From assembly GCA_964384235.1 (NCBI GenBank), contig CAYLJX010000003.1:8389-72388 (forward strand): a DNA stretch of 64,000 nucleotides, in the 5' to 3' direction. The position numbers were made by a program, and so were the translations under genes. This document shows positions 36,201 to 45,986 of this stretch, piece by piece. The notes beneath the pieces are model-generated. The model did not search any database. It had not been told where the DNA came from and saw only the letters and a list, made by a program, of their open reading frames with translations. The DNA comes from an uncultured Bdellovibrionales bacterium. Lineage in GTDB: Bacteria; Patescibacteriota; Minisyncoccia; Moranbacterales; UBA1568. Positions within the stretch are counted from its first letter, which is position 1. Each line of letters opens with the position of its first letter.

Positions 36201-36363
36201 GAATGACAGGAAAACCGAAACAAACAGGTTCGAGCTACTTTGAAGATCGGATTTGCATGGTTCGGAAATGCGACATTTCCGAAAATCCGAGCTTCACGGA
36301 GGAAAACCTCTCGCAGGGAAGTTTTCCGATAGCGAGAAGCTTGTTTGCGAGGTTTTCTAAAAA

Positions 36364-37380
36364 CTACTTTGCCAGCATTATACTCCTCTTATAGGTATCA
36401 AGGTTCTCCAGCACGATACCCGTCCCTTTGACCACGCAGTAGGCCGGGTCGTCCGCCACGTAGCACGGCACGTTGATCGTCTTGGAGATGAGCTGGTCGA
36501 GATACTTAAGCTGGGCCGTCCCGCCGGAGAGCACCATTCCCTTGTCCATGATGTCGGCCGCCAGTTCCGGCGGTGTCTCCTGGAGGACCGACTTGATGAC
36601 GTTGATGATCTCCCGTAGCTCGTCCTGGATGGCTTCCGTCACCTCGTTGGACGAGATCGTCACGGTCTTGGGCAGGCCGCCCATCAGGTCGCGGCCGCGG
36701 ATGTCCATGTGCTCCTCCTTGACCTGGGCGAGAGCGGAGCCGATGGTCACCTTGACTTCTTCCGCCGTCCGGTCGCCGATGGCGAGGCTGTATTTTCGTT
36801 TGATGTAGTCCGAGATGGCCTGGTCGATGCGGTTGCCGCCGACACGCGCGCTCTGTGCCGCTACGATGCCGCCCAAGCTGATGATGGCGATTTCCGTCGT
36901 GCCGCCGCCGATATTGATGATCATGTTGCCCTGCGCCGTGTGGATGGGAATGCCGGCGCCGATGGCCGCGAGGATCGGTTCCTTGACGACATAGGCCGCC
37001 TTGGCACCAGCCTTGAGTGCCGCGTCGATGACCGCGCGCCGCTCCGTCGACGTGACGCCGGCCGGGATGGAGAGGACCACTTCCGGACGGACGAAACGTA
37101 CCCGGCCGCTCACCCGGTTCAGGAAATACTTGAGCATGGCCTCCGTGATGCGATAGTCCGCAATGGCACCGTCCTTCAAGGGCTGGCTCGCGACGATGGT
37201 GTCCGGTGTCCTACCGAGCATTTCCTTGGCCTCGTTCCCGACCGCGAGCACCTTGTTCTCGGTGAGCGATATCGCCACGACCGACGGCTCGTTGATGACG
37301 ACACCCTTCCCCGGCACGAACACCAACGTGTTCGCCGTCCCGAGATCGATACCGATTTTCCGTAGAAACATATCGTTCAA
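36364..37380 (-). CDS. mreB: rod-shape determining protein MreB (actin homologue)
   Basis: IGIDLGTANTLVF...; DGAIADY...; GGGTTEIAIISLGG; VLSGGTAQL. All five actin-fold motifs are present. Confidence 0.9.
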   Translation of the reverse strand: MNDMFLRKIGIDLGTANTLVFVPGKGVVINEPSVVAISLTENKVLAVGNEAKEMLGRTPDTIVASQPLKDGAIADYRITEAMLKYFLNRVSGRVRFVRPEVVLSIPAGVTSTERRAVIDAALKAGAKAAYVVKEPILAAIGAGIPIHTAQGNMIINIGGGTTEIAIISLGGIVAAQSARVGGNRIDQAISDYIKRKYSLAIGDRTAEEVKVTIGSALAQVKEEHMDIRGRDLMGGLPKTVTISSNEVTEAIQDELREIINVIKSVLQETPPELAADIMDKGMVLSGGTAQLKYLDQLISKTINVPCYVADDPAYCVVKGTGIVLENLDTYKRSIMLAK

Positions 37381-37395
37381 AATTTCCCCTTATAC

Positions 37396-38652
37396 CTAGA
37401 CTCGCCTGATGACCGCGCCGATTTTCTGCAACCGCTCTTCGATTCTCTCGTAGCCGCGGTCCACCTGGTAGATGTCCTCGATGATCGTCTTGCCCTTGGC
37501 GCACAGGGCCGCGATGATGAGCGCCGCTCCGGCCCGCAGGTCATAGCTCTTGATGACCGTCCCGCGAAGCGCCGTCTTTCCGGAGATCACTACCTGATGC
37601 GGATTGAGCACGACTGCGTGACCGCCCATCTTTTCCAACTCTGACACATAGTTGAAGCGTCCCTCGAAGAGAGTATCGAACACAAACGTTTCCCCCTTTG
37701 TCTGGGTCGCGAGCACACCGAACGGTGCCTGGACATCCGTCGGAATACCGGGGTAGGTACGCGTCTCCACTTTGGCGACACTGCGAAGTTTTTTTCCCGG
37801 TACGACCGTGATGGCGTTTTTCTTGACGATGAAATCCGCCCCGAACTCCCGAAGTTTCTCCAGGACCAGATCGAGATGCTCCGCCCACGCGTTCCTGACA
37901 GTCAGAGGACTGCCGGTCGCGACGCCGAGAATGAGAAAGGTGGCGGCTTCGTTGGCATCAGGGATGATCGTGTGTTTCGCACCGCGAAGCCTCTTCTGTC
38001 CGATGATCGTAAGCGTGTGTGTCCCCAGTCCCTCGATCTTCGCTCCCATCGCGATGAGGAATTTCCCGAGGTCCTCGACGTGCGGTTCGGCCGCGGCGAT
38101 CTTGATGATCGTTTTGCCGGGCATGCCGGCGGCGAGCATCATGGCGTTCTCCGTACCCGTCACCGAGAATTCCTTGAGTACGACCGTGGCGGGTTTGCGC
38201 TTGCCTGCGTCGACGACATATTCCTTCTCCGTGCGCTTCACCGAAACGCCGAGCTTGGCAAAGGCATCGACATGCGTATCCACCGGTCGCGCCCCGATGA
38301 CGCACCCGCCCGGCTGGTAGAGCCTGAACCGGTCAAAACGTGCCGCGAGCGCCCCCATGAGAAGCACCGAGGAACGGATGCGCTTCACCAGGTCGGTATC
38401 CATCCTGCCCGGGTCGATGTCCTTGGTAGTAACCGCTACCGTATGTTTCCCTCTCCATTCGACAGCCGCTCCCATGCTCTCCAGGATCTCCAGCATGCGA
38501 AAAACATCCTCGATGAGAGGGATGTTCGAAAGGATACAGGTTTCCTTGGTGAGCAGAGTGGCGGCGAGGATCGGCGTCGTGGCGTTCTTGGATCCGGACA
38601 CGGTTATCTCCCCTTTGAGCCGCTTTCCCCCTTCGATTTCGAATACTTCCAT
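37396..38652 (-). CDS. murA: UDP-N-acetylglucosamine 1-carboxyvinyltransferase
   Basis: 418 aa with the EPSP-synthase fold signature (ITVSGSKNATTPILAATLL, catalytic-loop region PGGCVIGARPVDTH). Confidence 0.9.
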   Translation of the reverse strand: MEVFEIEGGKRLKGEITVSGSKNATTPILAATLLTKETCILSNIPLIEDVFRMLEILESMGAAVEWRGKHTVAVTTKDIDPGRMDTDLVKRIRSSVLLMGALAARFDRFRLYQPGGCVIGARPVDTHVDAFAKLGVSVKRTEKEYVVDAGKRKPATVVLKEFSVTGTENAMMLAAGMPGKTIIKIAAAEPHVEDLGKFLIAMGAKIEGLGTHTLTIIGQKRLRGAKHTIIPDANEAATFLILGVATGSPLTVRNAWAEHLDLVLEKLREFGADFIVKKNAITVVPGKKLRSVAKVETRTYPGIPTDVQAPFGVLATQTKGETFVFDTLFEGRFNYVSELEKMGGHAVVLNPHQVVISGKTALRGTVIKSYDLRAGAALIIAALCAKGKTIIEDIYQVDRGYERIEERLQKIGAVIRRV

Positions 38653-38825
38653 ACCTGGGAACTATACCTCAAAACAAGCCTTTTATCAATATTAAAGCCG
38701 CTTGCCAGAAGATTCCGGAAGCGGCGCGTTTTTGCCCTGAAAAGAGCTAAGACAAAGAGATTTGTCTTAAATGGATGTTTTTTCTTTTTGTTTTGTTTTG
38801 AAAGGACGAGAGAAAAAGAAAAAAC

Positions 38826-38860
38826 GGGCTTGGCACCCGTTTTGCTCTTTCTTAAATACA
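38826..38860 (-). terminator. intrinsic terminator after trxB (GCAAAACGGGTGCCAAGCCCGTTTT + TTCTTTTTC on minus strand)
   Basis: A hairpin followed by a T-rich run, about 60 nt past the trxB stop. Confidence 0.55.
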
Positions 38861-38913
38861 GTATAGCACATTTTCGACTCCTTGTCCACCCTAAGTAAGT
38901 GAGTGAGTGAACC

Positions 38914-39843
38914 CTATTTCCCCTTGCGGAGGAAATCGTAGGCCGAGAGGGCGGCGACTATGCCGTAGCCGGCGGAGATGTTGTTCTGCTTGTAGGGAAG
39001 ATCCGTCGCGTCGCCCGTCGCGAAGATGCCCGGTTTGGAAGTCGCAGCGGTCTTGCCGTCGAGGATGATCTCTCCACGCTCATTGAGATCGAGAATATCC
39101 TTCACGAACTCGGTGTTCGGCACCATACCGATCTCCACGAAGACACCGTCGACGTCGAGCGTTTTCTTTTCGTTCGTCTCCGTATCACGATACCTGATGC
39201 CCGTCACTTTTTCCTCACCGAGGACCTCCTCTGTCAGCGCATGATAGACGACACTCACCTTGTCCGAAGCGAGGATCGTGTCCTGGGTGATCTGATCGCC
39301 TTTGAGTCCGCCGGAACGCACCATGAGAATGATTTCCTTCGCGTACGGCAGCAGGTCTTCTACCGCTTCGAGACCGGCGTTGCCGCCGCCCACCACGGCC
39401 ACCTTCCTGTCACGGAAGAATGGCGCGTCGCACGTCGAGCAGTACACGACGCCTTTGCCCTTGAATTTTTCTTCACCGGGCACATCGAGATGCCGATGCC
39501 GACCGCCGGACGCGACGATCACGGTCTTGGTCTCGTACCGCTCACCCTTCTCCGTGACGACCGCGTATCCCTTTCCCAGAAGTTCTTCCAGCTTGGCAGC
39601 CCGCTCCCCTGTTCGTATCTCTATCCCTTCCTGTGCGCGCAGGTGCTTCTCGAGGGACTGGGCGAATTCCCATCCCGTGATCGACACCGTTCCGATCCAG
39701 TTCTCGATACCGGCCGATACCGCCGACTGGCTCTGGAAACTCTCCGTAAGGAAGAGGGTCTTGAGCTGCTTGCGCGCCGTGTACACTCCTGCCGCTACTC
39801 CTCCTGGCCCCCCTCCAATGATGATGACATCATACATAATCAA
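38914..39843 (-). CDS. trxB: thioredoxin-disulfide reductase
   Basis: YDVIIIGGGPGGVAAGVY (FAD), redox-active CSTCD, VAVVGGGNAGLEA (NADPH), and GIFATGDA. Confidence 0.8.
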   Translation of the reverse strand: MIMYDVIIIGGGPGGVAAGVYTARKQLKTLFLTESFQSQSAVSAGIENWIGTVSITGWEFAQSLEKHLRAQEGIEIRTGERAAKLEELLGKGYAVVTEKGERYETKTVIVASGGRHRHLDVPGEEKFKGKGVVYCSTCDAPFFRDRKVAVVGGGNAGLEAVEDLLPYAKEIILMVRSGGLKGDQITQDTILASDKVSVVYHALTEEVLGEEKVTGIRYRDTETNEKKTLDVDGVFVEIGMVPNTEFVKDILDLNERGEIILDGKTAATSKPGIFATGDATDLPYKQNNISAGYGIVAALSAYDFLRKGK

Positions 39844-39857
39844 AAATATTAGCGATT

Positions 39858-41093
39858 CTACCCTCTTCCCCGCTCTTCCATGGCATGCGCGACCCGGCGG
39901 ACGGCGAGCGCGTAGGCGCCCATCCGATAGCTCGTGTTGTATTTCTCCCGTTCCTCCGAAACCGCCTGGAATGCTGTCCGCATGATTTTCTCCAGTTTAC
40001 CAAGAACCTCTTCTTCTTCCCAGTAATATCCGAAGGCGTTCTGGACCTGTTCGAAATACGAGACGGTCACGCCGCCGGCATTGGCGAGAATGTCCGGTAC
40101 CACGATCACTCCCCTGTCGAAAAGCATGGCATCGGCTTCCGGGGTCACCGGACCGTTGGCCACTTCCACGATATAACGGGCCTGGATCGTATCGGCATTT
40201 TCCGATGTGATCGCATTCTCCAGGGCGGCCGGCACCAGGATATCCGTCGGGACCGAGAGGACCGCGTCGCTCGGAAGGCTCTCGCAACCGGCACACTGAT
40301 CCAGACTGCCGGTCGCACGCTTGTGAGCGATGAGCTCGTCCACATCGAGGCCACTCTCGCGATAGAGGGTCGACTTGGAATCGGCGATGGCGACCAATGT
40401 ATATCCAGCTTCCGAAAGGATTTTCGCAAGAAAGCTCCCGCCGTTCCCGAACCCCTGGATCGCGACGCGCGTCCCTGCTTGGAGATGATGTTTCTTCGCC
40501 AGTTCGTCGAGACAAAAGAACGCTCCCTGGGCCGTGGCATAGTCACGAACGACCGATCCGCCCAAAGACGTCGGCTTGCCCGTGATGACACCGGGAGCGT
40601 GCCGACCTGTCACCGATTCGTACTCGTCGAGCATCCAGGCCATGATACGGGGATCCGTCGAGACGTCCGGCGCCGGCACATCGAGATCCGGCCCGATGAA
40701 GGGCGCGAGGGCGCGGGCGTAGGCGCGCGAAAGCGATTCGAGCTCACGGTCAGAGAGCTGTTTCGGATCGACCGCCACGCCACCCTTGCCGCCGCCGAGA
40801 GGGATCTTGACCACGGCCGTCTTCCACGTCATCCAGGCCGAGAGCGCCTTCACCTCGTCAAGCGTCACCTGCCGGTGGAAGCGGATGCCGCCCTTGAACG
40901 GTCCGCGGGCGTCGTTGTACTGCGAGCGATATCCGGTAAAGACTTCTACGCGACCGTCGTCCATCTTCACGGGAAGCGATACTTCGATCACGCGCTTCGG
41001 ATGCATGAGCTGCGCAAGGATGTTGTCGTCGATCTTGAGAATCTCCTGCACCGCGCGAAGCTGCTGCTTCGCATTTTCAAAGGGGGAATTCAT
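39858..41093 (-). CDS. gdhA: NAD(P)-dependent glutamate dehydrogenase
   Basis: GGIRFHRQVTLDEVKALSAWMTWKTAVVKIPLGGGKGG (Glu/Leu/Phe/Val dehydrogenase active site) and the Rossmann motif GFGNGGSFLA. Confidence 0.9.
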   Translation of the reverse strand: MNSPFENAKQQLRAVQEILKIDDNILAQLMHPKRVIEVSLPVKMDDGRVEVFTGYRSQYNDARGPFKGGIRFHRQVTLDEVKALSAWMTWKTAVVKIPLGGGKGGVAVDPKQLSDRELESLSRAYARALAPFIGPDLDVPAPDVSTDPRIMAWMLDEYESVTGRHAPGVITGKPTSLGGSVVRDYATAQGAFFCLDELAKKHHLQAGTRVAIQGFGNGGSFLAKILSEAGYTLVAIADSKSTLYRESGLDVDELIAHKRATGSLDQCAGCESLPSDAVLSVPTDILVPAALENAITSENADTIQARYIVEVANGPVTPEADAMLFDRGVIVVPDILANAGGVTVSYFEQVQNAFGYYWEEEEVLGKLEKIMRTAFQAVSEEREKYNTSYRMGAYALAVRRVAHAMEERGRG

Positions 41094-41129
41094 AATCTTT
41101 CTGTAAAAAATTTTCGCTGTTCTTCGTTC

Positions 41130-41387
41130 TTACTGCATCTTGAACAATGATTTCAGGTACGCTTCATCGATCTTTTTCTTGCCGTCCCACTTGCACGTGA
41201 TATCGTCCTTGAGGAGCTCGACGCCGAGCATCGCCACCGCTTCCCTGATCGCCGAGATCTGCGTGATGATATCGAGGCATTCCTTTTTTTCCTCCACCAT
41301 GCGGCGGATACCCTTGAGCTGACCCTCGATGCGCGCGATACGCGACAGCACCAGCGAATGTATGTCCTGTTTCTTCGGCATAGGCAT
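41130..41387 (-). CDS. csoR: CsoR/RcnR/FrmR-family metal-sensing transcriptional repressor
   Basis: 85 aa all-helical protein with the RLxRIEGQLxGIxRM motif and conserved Cys/His positions (C36...H?/C74). Confidence 0.65.
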   Translation of the reverse strand: MPMPKKQDIHSLVLSRIARIEGQLKGIRRMVEEKKECLDIITQISAIREAVAMLGVELLKDDITCKWDGKKKIDEAYLKSLFKMQ

Positions 41388-41415
41388 ATTCTTTAAAACA
41401 AGTGAGGGTAAGAAA

Positions 41416-41436
41416 ATATACCCTCTGGGGGTATAT
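41416..41436. promoter_or_regulatory. CsoR-type operator ATATACCC-TCTGG-GGGTATAT
   Basis: A GC-centred pseudo-palindrome (TACCC-N5-GGGTA) lies 30-50 nt upstream of the csoR start codon. It matches the known operator architecture of the CsoR family. Confidence 0.5.
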
Positions 41437-41708
41437 TAGTATGGAAGGAAAATTATGTCAAAATTTTATTCTTTTCCTTCTTGTCTTCCCACTCCTCTTC
41501 TTCGAGCATTAGCCGAGTTTTGCCAGCCTCGCGCGATGAAGTCGTCGCTAGAAACGGAGCGTGACGCGTGGCTTAGTTAGCAGGACAGCGACGTTTCTCG
41601 ACGACGAGTCGGGCGAGGGTCAAAAACGGGTACGTGAGAAAAGAGGGCGTGGGAAGATGAGAAGGTCGGAAGAGAATATCGAGAAACAAAGTTGCTTCAA
41701 AAAACTCC

Positions 41709-43103
41709 CTATAATTCCCCTACGCACTTTTTGAACTGATCCCCACGGTCGAACTCGTTCTGAAACACGCCGAAGCTCGCCGTCCCGGGCGAGAGCAGGA
41801 CGATATCCCCGGAGGCCGCCGCTTCACGGGCCAGTCGTACCGCCTCGGCCATGGATCCGACCACTGTCCATTCCTCTTCCTTTTCGGGAGCCAGCCGATG
41901 CAGCTCTTGAAGGATCTTTTCCGTTCCTTCACCCCTGAAAAGGATAACCCGCTTGGCATGCTTGAGGATCGCTTCGGAAAATGCGGCAAATTCCAAACGT
42001 TTGTCACTTCCGCCCGCCAAAAGGACGATCGGCTGCGAAAACGTCCGAAGTGCCGCGATGGCCGCTTCGGGAATGGTCGCTGCCGTATCGTTGTAATAGC
42101 AGACCCCATCCTTTTCTCTCACCAGTTCCAGACGATGCGGCACGCCTCGGAAACTCTCTATGCCGTCCCGTACCTCGTCGGCCGAAAGCCCGAACGCGAG
42201 CGTCGCTCCCGCCGCCGCTAAGACATTCGAGAGATGGTGTTCCCCCAGCAAAGCGATCTTTTCGACGGGAAGGAGCACGGTCTCCTTTCCTCCCACCTGC
42301 GCGAAGATCATGCCGTCCTCGACCCAGATACCGTCCCCATCCACTTTTCCGGATTTCGAAAACCAGCCGAGCTGCGCCGGAGCATCCTGGGCCGCTTCCC
42401 GAGAAAGCTCATTGTCAAAATTGGCGATAAACGTGTCGTTTCGTTTCTGAAAGAGGAAGATGTTCTTCTTGTCGGACACGTATGCATCGATTGTCTTATA
42501 GTAGTTGAGATGATCAGGATAGAGGTTGGTCAGGACGGCGATGTGCGGACTCTTCTTCATATGTGAAAGAGCCGACAGCCGCCATGAGGAAAGTTCGAAG
42601 ACGACCACGCTTTCGGAAGTGATCTTGGAAAGGCGCGAGAGCACGCCGGTCTGTCCGATACCGGCTTCGATCACGTTTCGTCCGGCAGCCTTGAGGATAT
42701 GAGCGATGAGCGTCGAAGTGGTCGTCTTCCCCTTGGTGCCGGTCACGCCGATGATCGGGGCTTTGCACAAGGCGAAGAAAATACTCGAATCCATTTCCAC
42801 CGAAACGCCGTTCTTCTGCGCGAGCCGTATGTATTCGTTGGTCCATGGGATACCTGGGTTCTTGATCACCATGTCGACATGGGTGAAATCCTCCGGCCGG
42901 TGCTGTCCGAGGACATAGGTGATATTTTTGTATTTGGCAAGCTTCTCCAAAGAAGCCGCGAGTTCCTCGCGCTTCTTGATGTCGGTCACGACGACTTCCC
43001 GGACACCCTGACGGACCAGGAACTCCACCGTTCCGACCCCGCCGGCATTGAGACCCAGTCCGAAGACGGTGATTCGCTTGTTCTTGAAAAAATCCCCTTG
43101 CAT
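41709..43103 (-). CDS. murD: UDP-N-acetylmuramoyl-L-alanine--D-glutamate ligase
   Basis: ITVFGLGLNAGG (N-terminal Rossmann), IIGVTGTKGKTTTSTLIAHIL (P-loop), Mur ligase middle and C domains. Confidence 0.9.
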   Translation of the reverse strand: MQGDFFKNKRITVFGLGLNAGGVGTVEFLVRQGVREVVVTDIKKREELAASLEKLAKYKNITYVLGQHRPEDFTHVDMVIKNPGIPWTNEYIRLAQKNGVSVEMDSSIFFALCKAPIIGVTGTKGKTTTSTLIAHILKAAGRNVIEAGIGQTGVLSRLSKITSESVVVFELSSWRLSALSHMKKSPHIAVLTNLYPDHLNYYKTIDAYVSDKKNIFLFQKRNDTFIANFDNELSREAAQDAPAQLGWFSKSGKVDGDGIWVEDGMIFAQVGGKETVLLPVEKIALLGEHHLSNVLAAAGATLAFGLSADEVRDGIESFRGVPHRLELVREKDGVCYYNDTAATIPEAAIAALRTFSQPIVLLAGGSDKRLEFAAFSEAILKHAKRVILFRGEGTEKILQELHRLAPEKEEEWTVVGSMAEAVRLAREAAASGDIVLLSPGTASFGVFQNEFDRGDQFKKCVGEL

Positions 43104-43124
43104 ATGTGACGAAAGATGTTCCGG

Positions 43125-44720
43125 TTACCACGGAAACCATGAGGAAGACCGGTGACGGAGCACGGATCCGGCCCGTTTGTCCAGATATTTTCCCTGCTCG
43201 ACGGTCACGACACCGTTGACGATGACCTGCGAGATACCGACAGGATACTGGTAGGGTTCCTCCATCGTGGCCCGGTCCTGGATTTCTCCCGGACGGAACA
43301 CCACTATATCAGCGAAATACCCTTCCTGCAAGAGTCCTCTTTTTTCCAGATTGAATTTCATGGCCGGCTTACCGCTCATCTTGTGGACCGCTTCCTCCCA
43401 GGAGAGCACCTTCTTCTCGCGGACATACTCGGCGAAGATCTTGGGGAACGTCCCGAAGTTTCTCGGATGCACCAGGTCGCCGGTCTCCTTGTGCTCTACG
43501 CCATATCCGACACCGTTGGAGCTGATGATGGAAAACGGGTGCTGGACAGCCTTGGTGACGTTCCGCTCCGAAAGCACTTCCATGGAAACGATGGCCCGGC
43601 CGTCGCTTGCCACGAGGAAGTCCACTACGACTTCCTCCGGCGTCTTGCCCTGAAGCTCGGCGATCTCGGAAATCTTCCGGCGGGTGAGCATCTTGGAGAG
43701 CGTCGAGACGGAGATGAGGATGTTCGAGTAATCGACTTCTTTCTTCCTCATGTCGCGCAGGACGGCGCTCCGCACCTGGGTTTCCTTCAGGCGCTCGAGC
43801 ATCATCTTGCGACCGCCCTCCGTGATCCATTCCGGCAGGAGCGTATAGAGCACCGATCCGGTCACGGTATACGGATAGACATCGAATGTCACCTCGACAT
43901 CGTTGAGTGCCGCCGTTTCGATCAGGTTGAAGACTTCGTCCATGAGCGGCCAGTTCTTCTTGCCGACGGCCTTGAGGTGCGAGATATGCACCGACGCTCC
44001 GGTATCGCGCGCGACGCCGACCGCCTCCTCGACGGACTGCACCAGACCTTCTTCCTCATCCCGCACGTATGTCGCGTACATGCCTTTCTCGCCGGCGGCC
44101 AGCCTAGCCAGTGTCGAAAGCTCCCGGGCCCCGGCACCGCGGGCATGCGTATACTTGAGTCCCGTGGACAGACCGATCGCTCCTTCCTTGAGCGCGCGCT
44201 TGAGCATCGTCTGCATGATCGCGATCTCCGCAGGCGTGATGGTCCGTGTCTCGTCCTTCATGGCACCGCGACGGAGCGTCCCGTGACCGACAAGCGTGGC
44301 GAAATTGAGGGCCGGTCGGCGTTTCTCCACCTGATCCAGGAATTCCTTCATGGAAAGCCAGTTGAAGTTGATCTTGCCGACATCCGTCCACTTCTGGATG
44401 GAGCGGATGATGCTCGGATCGATGAGCGGGGCGAGGGACGATCCGGAGTTCCCTCCGATGATGGTCGTCACGCCCTGCTGGAGCATACTCTCGAGCTCCG
44501 GATGCGAAAGCAGCTCCCAGTACGTGTCGGAATGGTTGTTGACATCGACAAAGCCGGGAGCGACATATTGTTCGGTCGCGTCGATGACCCGCTCCGCCGT
44601 CGCATGGGAGAGATCGCCCATCGCGACGATGTGCTCCTCCCTGACCGCGATATCGGCCCGATACATCGGTCGGCCGCTTCCATCCACGACGGTACCGTTT
44701 TTTATGAGAATATCGTACAT
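43125..44720 (-). CDS. amidohydrolase-superfamily enzyme, N-acyl-D-amino-acid deacylase (D-aminoacylase)-like
   Basis: ILIKNGTVVDGSG...ADIAV.EE.IVA.GDL...VIDATEQYVAPGFVDVNNHSD... is typical of the D-aminoacylase/dihydroorotase-like metal-dependent hydrolases. Confidence 0.6.
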   Translation of the reverse strand: MYDILIKNGTVVDGSGRPMYRADIAVREEHIVAMGDLSHATAERVIDATEQYVAPGFVDVNNHSDTYWELLSHPELESMLQQGVTTIIGGNSGSSLAPLIDPSIIRSIQKWTDVGKINFNWLSMKEFLDQVEKRRPALNFATLVGHGTLRRGAMKDETRTITPAEIAIMQTMLKRALKEGAIGLSTGLKYTHARGAGARELSTLARLAAGEKGMYATYVRDEEEGLVQSVEEAVGVARDTGASVHISHLKAVGKKNWPLMDEVFNLIETAALNDVEVTFDVYPYTVTGSVLYTLLPEWITEGGRKMMLERLKETQVRSAVLRDMRKKEVDYSNILISVSTLSKMLTRRKISEIAELQGKTPEEVVVDFLVASDGRAIVSMEVLSERNVTKAVQHPFSIISSNGVGYGVEHKETGDLVHPRNFGTFPKIFAEYVREKKVLSWEEAVHKMSGKPAMKFNLEKRGLLQEGYFADIVVFRPGEIQDRATMEEPYQYPVGISQVIVNGVVTVEQGKYLDKRAGSVLRHRSSSWFPW

Positions 44721-44745
44721 GCCTGTTTGAATACGGATTCTTTCC

Positions 44746-45954
44746 CTAGGGCCTGCTGTGGCGGATGCTCCACGGACCCTTTTTCGGAGCGGAGGACGAA
44801 ACGTTCTCCGAAGCCGCCTGGACCTTGTCCGCTTCCGCTTCCTTCTTCGGAGTCTCCTCTTTCTTCTTGACCGCCGACACCTTCGTCACTTCCTCCATGA
44901 ACGCCTTGTCTTTCTGCAAGATTTTCGGGATCAGGAACGTCACATCCACGCCCTCCTTCAGTTCCTTCACCTTGGCGAGTGCACCCCGCTTGGCGATCGA
45001 AAGCATCTCGTCATAGTCGTCCATCCCTGCATGCGCGAAGCGGATGTTCCGGAAATCCTGCCTGACACCCGCGAGCACCACCTTGGATGTCCGCATCTCG
45101 GGAAGCATTTCCGAAAGCGCGTTTCCGGTATTGCGGACGTTTTTTATGCCCGCGATACGCACATTGAAATCCTCATCTTTCTTGAGGGTATCGGAATCAG
45201 CATAATGCATCGCGTAGGCCGGATCGATCGCCGCCACTTTCACCATGAACGACTTGCTCCGTTTGGCCGCTACCGGCAGACCCTGCAGGATCACTCCGAG
45301 CGTATGAGGACTGCTTTCGATCTGTTCCAGATACCGGTCAAACTCTCCGCTCTCCTTGAGCGGATCGGTCACGATTGCCTCATTTCCGAAACGCTCCTCC
45401 TCGACTGAGGATTCGGACACCGGTTCCGGCATCGTGACGGCCGGTTCTTCTTTCTCCTCCTCCGGAGATTCGATCGCCTCGTTCTCTTTTCTCTCCGGAG
45501 CGACACTCTCCGGACGAAGCGTCTCCGCAGGTTCTTCCTCTTCGTCTTGCTCCTCCTCGATCGGAATTTCCGGTTCCGGCTGCGGGAGCGGTTCATCATC
45601 TCCCTTGATTCCCAACTGTTCCGAGAGCGCCTCGAGCTTCACTTCCAAATCTTTCCGTTCCTTGATGAGCTCCAGGAGATCATCGTCGCTCTTGTCCGGC
45701 GTGATCGTCTCGTTGAGCCTCGCGATGTCATCAGCTACCGAATCATACTCCTTCCGCAGGGCGGCCTGTTGTTCCTCGGCCTCCTTGGCTTCCCGGTATG
45801 CGCGTTCCTCCTCTTCCAGCTGTTTGCGCGACGCCAAAAGCCGGAGCACCTCGTCATCGGAGAGCGTACCGAGTTTCGTCTCACGGATTTCTTCCAAGCG
45901 GGCCGCAAGAGCGACCGGGTCGGCGACCGTTTGTGTTTCTGATTTTTTTACCAT
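44746..45954 (-). CDS. hypothetical acidic coiled-coil protein (402 aa)
   Basis: The N-terminal half is a Glu-rich coiled coil. The C-terminal ~200 aa is globular (..LGVILQGLPVAAKRSKSFMVKVAAIDPAYAMHYADSD..). No family recognised. Confidence 0.5.
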   Translation of the reverse strand: MVKKSETQTVADPVALAARLEEIRETKLGTLSDDEVLRLLASRKQLEEEERAYREAKEAEEQQAALRKEYDSVADDIARLNETITPDKSDDDLLELIKERKDLEVKLEALSEQLGIKGDDEPLPQPEPEIPIEEEQDEEEEPAETLRPESVAPERKENEAIESPEEEKEEPAVTMPEPVSESSVEEERFGNEAIVTDPLKESGEFDRYLEQIESSPHTLGVILQGLPVAAKRSKSFMVKVAAIDPAYAMHYADSDTLKKDEDFNVRIAGIKNVRNTGNALSEMLPEMRTSKVVLAGVRQDFRNIRFAHAGMDDYDEMLSIAKRGALAKVKELKEGVDVTFLIPKILQKDKAFMEEVTKVSAVKKKEETPKKEAEADKVQAASENVSSSAPKKGPWSIRHSRP

Positions 45955-45986
45955 ACTTCCCTCCCTCAGTAACTATAATAGCCCCG

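Noticed and set aside
41437-41708. Possible small gene or ncRNA in the csoR-murD spacer
   Set aside because: Only a 19-codon ORF without SD. There is no clear terminator or promoter pair, so it is left unannotated.
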